Below, piece by piece: positions 22,701 through 30,600 of a stretch of DNA of 64,000 bases (position 1 is the first letter of the stretch; every line of letters starts with the position of its first letter). The stretch comes from a virus (lineage: Duplodnaviria; Caudoviricetes). Location of the stretch: IMG/VR virus record IMGVR_UViG_3300025387_000009, one strand, 5' to 3'. The notes under the pieces were generated by a model that was not told the origin of the DNA, did no database searches, and was given only the letters and a program-made list of their open reading frames with translations. Made by a program: the position numbers and the translations under genes.

Positions 22701-23941
22701 CACCAGATGGCAAATTCGTATCAAGTGGTATTTTCCCATCAAATAATGTTAATACTATCCAGATAGATTTGAATAATAATTTAATTCAATGTTACGGAAC
22801 ACAATCCGTAATAGATAACAATAATAACGTTTGGGAAGTAGTAGGTGGAAATCTTTATAAAAATCAAGTTGTATTTGCAAACATAGGTGTGGTTCAACAA
22901 ATGTCTGTTGATGCAGACAATTATTTATGGGTATTAAGCTCTCAAGATAGTGTATCAAAAATTGATACAGTTAATAATAAAATTTTATTTACAAATAGAA
23001 TTGGTTCAAAGTCTGGGTTGTCACCAGATCCATGTTTCTTCAATTATGCTAAACCAAGATTTATTAATTTTATAAGAGTTCCAAAAGATCAATATTCCAA
23101 TAAATGTGAAGTTACGACCGCCTCTACAGATGATAGAGTATTATTGGTAGATTTAAATGATGAAGTAATTTATACACTTGATCAAAACGGTGCAATCTTA
23201 ACAAAATTGAATTTCTTAGGGTTAACAAATAATCCGAATATGCAAATGGCAACATTAGGCGATTTTACGGGTTATCAATATCTTAGAAAATTTGCTACGG
23301 TTACCAAAAGTTTTGGTTGGCAATTTAAAGTAGCAACACCTAATGGACAAAATCCAGAAAATTATAATCTTTTAACTTTACCATATAATTTAAACAATAT
23401 TGCAAATGGTTGGCATCATTTTGCATTCGTATTTGATTCTTATAGTGGTACAGCCAAAGCATATCTTGATTCCATACTAGTTGCAGAGCAAGATTTTACA
23501 CCTGAAATCTATCAGTTATATTACACTTACAGAACATCATTACTTTTAGGTGCTGAAACTATTCAAAATACTACGCTTAATGATATTATTCAAATTGATA
23601 ATGGTTATAAGTTTGTAGGCAAGGTTGCAGATTTAAGAATGTATAATAAGTCTTTGACACAAGGAGAAATTGAACAAATATATCTATCATCTCAATATGG
23701 TGCAAAAGATAGAACTTTATTATGGAATATGTCAGTAGGAGACAGAAATTACATAGAACAGATTAAATACTGGTATAAGAATCAGCTTCCTGGTAGTAAG
23801 AGTAAATATTTTAACATTAATATTCATAATTTAAATATTGATAATGGCGAAGTAAAAGCAGCAATTGAAGCTGGTATAGAAGCAAATATTGCTAAAATAG
23901 CTCCTGCTAATACTTCACTATATAAAATAAACTGGAAATAA
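19721..23941 (+). CDS. Large structural protein with a LamG/concanavalin A-like domain
   Basis: LTVSLWINP...WHHFAFVFD...AYLDS...FVGKVADLRMYNKSLTQGEIEQIY. Translationally coupled to the upstream gene (TAATG). Confidence 0.75.
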   Translation: MSIYNNKFKDGQLWLRTLNGTIEPTYNILSAVFVKYKGVNETFFNEISTNDILRFDVFYDNIFLETKTGYVFEKIEFDQQTNTIIPFQYNSNFNLNTYIPIDYWFDETNLKVYIAQIAATAQTINAFNFYVVVNQYDCIKGEINQLFKSNFNIVLNGANNWTTPLLNDSYFANINNPKICYNTDTKRYNISFVFRNFDNEFALISMDFSNNEQFTLESLNGLIPFTNGIGEYTITNLINNTITNSISANLYTNLSSANCNSVSFEVIGNQTVTDSVPVVFSNGIVANIDESLNNCLQFTINNKTALFLTDLTNTNNFLTNSIAPQNSGVLTEIDSPVLDQYVLKTPIADNKYNILSLTGVDEFVNTLSSAYLKMFVTSVTAINADNVFRFVIQPDNSMIVQYTNTKYLMTSLFTGDNGLIFTPQIVPTLSSATTYVDAQRFDYALGPNTISLFQIDDANLLPRFQNAVTKNSSGFYVLSSLSYLTSATLFPHEASLNFTSYQEVPPLNSDIKNSFLVSYEVSPTYNQSTLTVNPSTANSLYTQNYLGIFPYQYPIKTSKGVVYPLAIHGLKNYQTPEYNYSFGFDYVQGQNGVRRKYENVYTGTNQDKGLDNVYLGYTANTLEMNFPSDQDTQFVFSPTSERVPLSSAGLIEDGAIAGEIPFTSDRIFVKIQDYSQIIPDSPQPPSITKYNNTWLCSWLSGTMTGDKMWMDRYYNAAYYTTDQALSAKVIEYNDRLNLTENYTFDLPSEMYLEPGAFYRYFHTGINNRKNFVQHLSANSILTISQWLSSPLVDESPLQGEGILYFNNPTNLVGDYINLDGSNHALFPATTQLLSQDQLTVSLWINPPDWTNIAGNQIFGNYYESGFGLINQSSLTTPIITLVDSNDPIAGSKVYNLNYLFTKLPSVSATDSYLVKGSNKIVQRLLDYSYWVFDTVGIGGTKFDINNKIIIRTTNDPVLTQNLNGKLNSITQIELDGNNNFYIYDNTTQNYVVMSPDGKFVSSGIFPSNNVNTIQIDLNNNLIQCYGTQSVIDNNNNVWEVVGGNLYKNQVVFANIGVVQQMSVDADNYLWVLSSQDSVSKIDTVNNKILFTNRIGSKSGLSPDPCFFNYAKPRFINFIRVPKDQYSNKCEVTTASTDDRVLLVDLNDEVIYTLDQNGAILTKLNFLGLTNNPNMQMATLGDFTGYQYLRKFATVTKSFGWQFKVATPNGQNPENYNLLTLPYNLNNIANGWHHFAFVFDSYSGTAKAYLDSILVAEQDFTPEIYQLYYTYRTSLLLGAETIQNTTLNDIIQIDNGYKFVGKVADLRMYNKSLTQGEIEQIYLSSQYGAKDRTLLWNMSVGDRNYIEQIKYWYKNQLPGSKSKYFNINIHNLNIDNGEVKAAIEAGIEANIAKIAPANTSLYKINWK

Positions 23942-23942
23942 C

Positions 23943-24776
23943 ATGGCAGACGTAAATACAATTTTTAACAAAACAACACCAACTTGTTCAAATGCTTTTT
24001 TGATTGACCAAACCTTTTGTCTTTCAAATTCATTACAATACATAAACAGCAATTTTAATACTCTCAGTTCTGCAATAGAATCTATAGAAGATTCTGGAGA
24101 TTATTTTAACAGTGTTTATACGGTTTTTGCAAATAGTAGTTCAGCATGGTTAGGAGCATTTAATAATGTTAAAACTTATGCATCAAGATGGAATAATGAT
24201 TATAATTTAGTAAATTCTTTAAGTTCTGGTTGGGCTAATGAATTTGCAATTTATTATAATAAAATGTATGAAATCCAAGATTGGATTCAAACGTCTGCTA
24301 CATATATTAGTCATGATGTTATAAACTGGATCAATTTAAATTTTCCTGTTAATAATTTTGCACCACAACAAGTTATTTCGGTTTACGTAAATGTATATGA
24401 AAATTTTGAATTTGATTTAACAGACTTTCAAGCTTATTATTACCATGATTGTCATTTAACAGGGGCTGGTGCTTCTGGTACTGCCACAGGATGCACTACT
24501 GATTGCCCCGTGCCAGGTGGTTCAAACAATTGCAACCATCACGGCGGCGCAGCAGGGTATGGTAATTGTGATAATTATCTTTTACACTGCGGAACATCTA
24601 CTGCACCACAAACAAAAACCTATCAATGCACACCCGATTCGGGCGCAGGAACTATAATAATACCAGCAAATAAAACGCCATATTCACAAATAGAAACCGA
24701 TACGTTTACTGCTAGGGCAATAAAACTAAGATATTATATACCAACCGGAACCCAAACATGGGCATTAACATCATAA
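23943..24776 (+). CDS. Structural protein, paralog 1 of a tandem trio, with a Cys-rich C-terminal part
   Basis: N-terminal CLSNSLQYINSNF motif and WINLNFP motif shared with the next two genes. Confidence 0.6.
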   Translation: MADVNTIFNKTTPTCSNAFLIDQTFCLSNSLQYINSNFNTLSSAIESIEDSGDYFNSVYTVFANSSSAWLGAFNNVKTYASRWNNDYNLVNSLSSGWANEFAIYYNKMYEIQDWIQTSATYISHDVINWINLNFPVNNFAPQQVISVYVNVYENFEFDLTDFQAYYYHDCHLTGAGASGTATGCTTDCPVPGGSNNCNHHGGAAGYGNCDNYLLHCGTSTAPQTKTYQCTPDSGAGTIIIPANKTPYSQIETDTFTARAIKLRYYIPTGTQTWALTS

Positions 24777-24777
24777 T

Positions 24778-25512
24778 ATGAGCTATACATTTATAAAAAT
24801 TTTATCAACTGATAGTATAGGGGATTCTTTATCCGCTGTAAATTCAAATTATTTAAATTTAGATGAATATGTAACAAATACTATTCAATTCAGTGCTAAT
24901 AATTTATGGTTACCTCTTAAAGATTATTATAAAACTATGTCGGGTCAGTTTAGCACTATTGTTAATCAAGCAAGTTCAAATAAAGGTAAATGGGATTCTT
25001 GTGTGTCTCTTGTATCACAAAACAGCGCAAAGTGGATAGAACCCCTAGTTGTTTTTTATGCAAATCCAGTTGCGTCTATACAAAATCCTGCGGATATTAC
25101 AAATTGGTTAAATACTAATTTTCCACCAAATGAAAATTTATATGTAGAAAATCAAAAAGCATATGTTAATGTAATAATACAGGACACAACTGTTAATTCT
25201 ATGCCACCAATTTTATTTGCAAATTCAACAACATGCGTAACGAGTGATTTAAATATAGCATTTAATTGCTCAACAAGTTTTACCGGAACTGCTGCGTGTT
25301 CAAACGGTAATAAAGCATGTGGCGGTTCTTCACCTTGTACAGAAAACGTAGCTGAACCGTGTTATTATGCTCAGACGGGGGGACATTATTACAGCCCAAG
25401 CATAGAAGCAACTTTATATACAAGTTATACTGATATATCAGAAGATACTAATATACATTGTTTACTTTATAATATGGAAGGATGCGTTTGGAACTACGTA
25501 AAACAAATATAA
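24778..25512 (+). CDS. Structural protein, paralog 2 of the tandem trio, Cys-rich
   Basis: SIGDSLSAVNSNY and WLNTNFP motifs. Confidence 0.6.
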   Translation: MSYTFIKILSTDSIGDSLSAVNSNYLNLDEYVTNTIQFSANNLWLPLKDYYKTMSGQFSTIVNQASSNKGKWDSCVSLVSQNSAKWIEPLVVFYANPVASIQNPADITNWLNTNFPPNENLYVENQKAYVNVIIQDTTVNSMPPILFANSTTCVTSDLNIAFNCSTSFTGTAACSNGNKACGGSSPCTENVAEPCYYAQTGGHYYSPSIEATLYTSYTDISEDTNIHCLLYNMEGCVWNYVKQI

Positions 25513-25515
25513 TAT

Positions 25516-26400
25516 ATGAGAAGCTTAACATTTGAAATCGAACCAACTGATTGCGTAGGAGATTCCGTAGGAAAACACAACTATAACATCCTCGCTATTG
25601 ATACATTAATTTGTAATATCTCGTCTGAGAGTTTCTTAGGACAAGATAGTATTCTGACATGGTTTAATGAACTGTCTTCAATGATACCAAACTTAAATTG
25701 GTTAGCTTCTAATTTTTCATCTCAGGCAATAAGCAGTTATCAATTAAATCATAACGTCATTCAAACTTTAAGTTCTTATTGGGATACATCAGAATTTACC
25801 GTAATGTATGAATACAACATTTATACACCCGATTCTTACAATAATGGAGTTATATCGGATGGCATTGTACCAACAAATAACTATATATCCACCGCATTTT
25901 ATACTTTAAGCACACAAATGCTTTCATATCTCAACAATAAATTTCCAGTAAAATCCTACAATTTAGGTACAAGAGCAAATGTAGTAATGCCAATTTTTAC
26001 GACACCAATCAATACAAGTGGAAATATTCATGGAACGGTTTTTGTGCCATTAACTGGTAATGATTATGCTTATCCAAATGGGGTTGTTAATAATGCAACA
26101 AGTACATCTCAAATAAATACATATGCAATTGCCGCACTTGGTAGCAAAGCTATTGGTTCATATACTTCTTATAATGATGATTACCAATTCCATAACGTTT
26201 ATTCCAATGCGGTCGGTCAACTTGGTAATATAATACCTGCTTCTACTAAATCATTAGAAAATTATAATAGAACTATAAAGGTAGAATATGGTCAAAATAA
26301 TGTATATATGCAAAGTTTATATACAGTTAAATTTATAGCAGCGATAGATCCAAATTTAAAAATTCCTGCTTGGATTTCATATGATGCAATCTTAACATAA
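25516..26400 (+). CDS. Structural protein, paralog 3 of the tandem trio
   Basis: CVGDSVGKHNYN and YLNNKFP motifs. Confidence 0.6.
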   Translation: MRSLTFEIEPTDCVGDSVGKHNYNILAIDTLICNISSESFLGQDSILTWFNELSSMIPNLNWLASNFSSQAISSYQLNHNVIQTLSSYWDTSEFTVMYEYNIYTPDSYNNGVISDGIVPTNNYISTAFYTLSTQMLSYLNNKFPVKSYNLGTRANVVMPIFTTPINTSGNIHGTVFVPLTGNDYAYPNGVVNNATSTSQINTYAIAALGSKAIGSYTSYNDDYQFHNVYSNAVGQLGNIIPASTKSLENYNRTIKVEYGQNNVYMQSLYTVKFIAAIDPNLKIPAWISYDAILT

Positions 26401-26401
26401 A

Positions 26402-26758
26402 ATGTTTGCTTTATTTAACGCCAATAAACAATTCATTGGATATAGTCCAGAATTGCCTAATAATGACAAGATTAATATTCTTAAGAAGAAATTACCAGAA
26501 GAATATTCTGATTTAAAATTATGGCATTGGGAAGGTGATTATGATAATGGAGCAATGGTTTCTAATAAAAAAACCATCGAACTCGATGAAGCCCAAAAAG
26601 CATATCAAGAAATTTTAAAATCATATCCTATTGGTATTCAATTAATTAATGTAATAAAACAATTAAATTTGATATCCAAAAATGCTAACTTGTTTAATTC
26701 CGAATTTAAAGAGATGAGCAGCACTATATTGGAAATTCTTGCAAAACATAATAAATAG
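26402..26758 (+). CDS. Hypothetical protein, possibly a fibre-assembly chaperone
   Basis: 118-aa ORF directly after the fibre genes. The function is inferred from position only. Confidence 0.45.
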   Translation: MFALFNANKQFIGYSPELPNNDKINILKKKLPEEYSDLKLWHWEGDYDNGAMVSNKKTIELDEAQKAYQEILKSYPIGIQLINVIKQLNLISKNANLFNSEFKEMSSTILEILAKHNK

Positions 26759-26764
26759 TAAACA

Positions 26765-27166
26765 ATGAAGCATCCAAAGTTAAAATTTAGATATGCAGAG
26801 GGATTAGGAGATGTAGTAGCTTGTGTACTGCATTCTAAATTAATTGGGTGGTTAACAAAAATTATTACCAAAAGCGACACGCCTTGCAAAACTTGCTCAG
26901 CAAGAGCTTTTGCACTTAATATATTAGTGCCAATTCCAGTTTGGAGATTGTTCTTTAAAGATAAAGATGCCTTTTTAGATGCTTTAAAAGGCGAAGGTGT
27001 CGATATACGCAAAATTGCTCATAAACAAGAACAAATTAAAAAAATTTCTAATAAACCAAATTTACCTAAAGTAGAAATCGATCCAACTGATTATAAACTT
27101 TATTCAAAGGTTGATAATCAACTGGGAGATTATTTAATAAGAACCTTAACCTATGTTAAAAAATAA
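26765..27166 (+). CDS. Hypothetical phage protein with GLGD and CxxC motifs
   Basis: EGLGDVVA...PCKTCSAR...LN. TAAATA at 26752-26757. Confidence 0.6.
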   Translation: MKHPKLKFRYAEGLGDVVACVLHSKLIGWLTKIITKSDTPCKTCSARAFALNILVPIPVWRLFFKDKDAFLDALKGEGVDIRKIAHKQEQIKKISNKPNLPKVEIDPTDYKLYSKVDNQLGDYLIRTLTYVKK

Positions 27167-27169
27167 TTT

Positions 27170-27631
27170 ATGGAAATAGAAATAATACAAGTAAAGTCAC
27201 AAGAAGACCCAGTAGATCCAACACGCCATTTTGGTATCTTTCTTAAAAAAATTAATACATTAATTCATATGTGTCATTGGTACTCTAATGATTACCAAGT
27301 TCATAAAATTTTAGGTAAATTATATGAAGATTTAGATGAGTTATTTGACACTTTACAAGAGGAGATTATTGGCACATCAAGAGTTCAAAACATAAAATTT
27401 CCAATGTTTGTCACCAATATTGATATTAATAATATAGATCAATTCAAAGGTAATGCTCAAGATATAGTTAATACGTATAATAAAACTAATGAGATAGTTC
27501 AAAATATTCTCACTTCTCTTGAGTTTAACAATTACATAACATCAGTAAAATCTGGTATTAATAATACCAGAGATGATATCTTAACAAAATTTAACAGAGC
27601 AAATTATTTATTGTCTCTTGTTAATATATAG
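27170..27631 (+). CDS. Ferritin/Dps-like four-helix-bundle protein (DUF5856-like)
   Basis: IHMCHW...HKILGKLYEDLDELFDTLQEE matches the Dps-like H-W...H...Y...D..E pattern. Confidence 0.6.
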   Translation: MEIEIIQVKSQEDPVDPTRHFGIFLKKINTLIHMCHWYSNDYQVHKILGKLYEDLDELFDTLQEEIIGTSRVQNIKFPMFVTNIDINNIDQFKGNAQDIVNTYNKTNEIVQNILTSLEFNNYITSVKSGINNTRDDILTKFNRANYLLSLVNI

Positions 27632-30600
27632 AATATTTATTGTTTAAATATTCTTCGATTTGTTGTCTTTCGGAATCTGTTAATGCACGATTGTAGAATA
27701 TAATTTCCGATATACTACAATTAGTTGTTAAAGCATTCTGAATGTAAGAACCAATATAAAAACCACCCGTTGACGCTAAAGGCGCATCAAAGTAATTTGC
27801 ACTATCTGACGGAACAAGTGTCCCTTTGTTATCAGCAAACAGAGTTCCGTTTATGTATACTTCAGCATAAGGCTGGCTAAACACGGTTTCAAATAGATAT
27901 AAATTACTTGTCGGAGGATAGAAAGTATTATTATAATATCCATAATAATCTGTTAATTCTATATAAGGTATGTTTATTGCAGAAGTTGGACTATATCCAC
28001 CTTGGGTATTACCAAAAACAAAGTTAAAATCGTTATATTTTTGACTGAATACCAATGCACCATCACTCACATATTTAAGATCTGCCGAGCTTAAATATGT
28101 TCCAAAAGCTGCAATAACTTGATAGTTATCAAACGAATATAAATTATTAGCATTAGCATACGCACCAACTACAAACATTGTTACTTCGCTATTATTAAGA
28201 TTATACAAGTTATGCATGTTACTAGATACACCAAAGTTTACTGTTGGCATTCCATTAAAGGAGCTTAAAACTGGTGATCCTATATCTGTTACCAAATAGT
28301 TATTTTTACCGCTGCGATCAATCCATTTTGCAACAGTATCGCCTAAATTTGTTGCAAAGGTGTCAGGAAGGAATGGATTGGTTGTATTAACAGTATTGAC
28401 TACACCATAATCAGCGGAGAACCACATGTATAAACCATCCAAATCAACTGGAGAAAATTGTTTATAGATACCATAATCATTACCGAAAACATCGGTTCTC
28501 CAATTATTAAGATTACCCATGTTAGTTAATAATTTTTCTTTTCTTTGTGTGTATTCTGAAGGAGGTAATTCTTTAATAAAATTTAATGGATAGTTTGTTG
28601 TATCATTCCATATTTCAATTCCATTTTTATTTGGTGTCCAAAATTCAACTACGTCATTTTGTCGTGCTAAACCATAATAATTTTTTTGGTATATTTCGTA
28701 ACTGGTTTGATAAGGAGTTAATTTTTGATTCTCTAAAACATCAGTCATTACACCAGCCTTAGATGCAGAGCTATAAGGTTCATATATCCAACCATTGGAT
28801 ATATCAGTTATCATTGTTGGTGTTATTTGATCCTTTTTAGTGAGACCACGCTGACGAGGTCCGTACTTTCCTAAATCCAAGAACATTCTTTCGGCACTTA
28901 TTGAATCGATATATGTTAAAGAACTATTATCCAACTCAATTGTATAACCTCTTCCACGGAAGAAAGACGTTCCTAATTTTTCAGGTAAAAGATATTCACC
29001 AACTTGTTTATCTGTTACTGCATTTGATGGTAATGAAACTGTTGCAACTGTTGGATAATGAACGTTATCTAAATGTGCATATGGTTCTGCTGGTTGAATC
29101 GTAATAGCTGTGTTATAGGTAACAAAACTAGTTAAACATCTATCTATATAATAAAGATCTTCATTATATTGAAATGAATTTAATGCGTAATAATTGTAAT
29201 ATGCAGGTTTAAATTGAGAATAACTCTCAAGTGTCATTTCACTTGCAATATTGGTATCATAAATAATACCGTCAAATTTATTAGTTCTTAAGAAATCAGC
29301 TAAATTAGAATAACTTTCACTAAAATTTAATTGATTCCATTGATAGGATGAAATCAATACATTAAAGGTTAAAGGTTGATTCCATATAATTTGATCTGGT
29401 GAATTTCTAACGTATTGAATATTGTCACCAGCATTTAATACCATTGATGATATTTCGGGTTGATGGAAAGGAACATAATCATTAAAGAATCTGACCTGCC
29501 CACCTAATGCCATTGTACCTTTATAAAAATTATTAAGAGCATCTGGTGAAGTATAAACATTTGCCCAGAAAGGTCTACCGCCATACGAGTCGCCTTTATT
29601 ATTTGTATCAAATGTATTGGTTGTGTAATCCCATCCATCAAGTTTAACATTCATCATGAATGAAATTGAAGGTTGTGCAAAGTTAGCATATGGATTTGTT
29701 GGACATGTATAACTTGTTGAACCTCTGTGGTTATACATTATAAAATCACCAGCACTGATAACCATATCGGATAGTTCATAAGTAGATTTCCAATTACCAG
29801 TTGAATCTTTAATTGCTTTATACCACATCGGTTTGACAGATATAGAATAGCCTAGTTTTTGAGAAATATATTCAGCGAAATTATCTGTATTGCCGTCACC
29901 GGATTTCAAATAACTTTCCAAATCAAAATAGTAATCATTTGAAGTAGAAATTTGTTTAATTAAATCATTTGAACTTGATAAGTCTCCAATATTAATTCCA
30001 TAAATCTCTATTCCTTGTTGTATTAAATTATTAGCAAAATTACTTGCGCTGGATAAATTATTCGTAAGAACCGAATACTCGTTTGAGTTTGAATCTAAAT
30101 AAACGTTTTCTAACCCATCACTAAAAATTAATATTTTTGATTTAGAATTATTTGGGTTTGTTACATATTGCGGATTATTAAGATATGTAGGTTGACCATA
30201 TGTTTCCTCATATAAATAAAAATTTAAATTATTACATATCGATGCAATTGTATTGGTTGAACTAGTTGAGAACGTATTTGTATTTCCTTGTTGTGTTGTT
30301 AACAATGTTTGTGCAATCGATAATGCACCCGCAATATTTGTTTGATATTGTGAAGGGTCATGAGAAACATAAACACCTTGGCTTACAAATAATTCTAAAT
30401 TTGAATAGTTATTTGTAAGATAACTTAAACGTGATTGATTTGTTCCAAAGGTTACAACACTTACTTGTATTGTTGGTGGTGTAAAATTAGGATTTATAGC
30501 AACATTATTATTATTGTTTAGTATTTTATCAATAACAGAAATCACAATCGATTTCATGTTTTCAATATTATTACTTTCAGATCTACTAACGTCTAATAAT

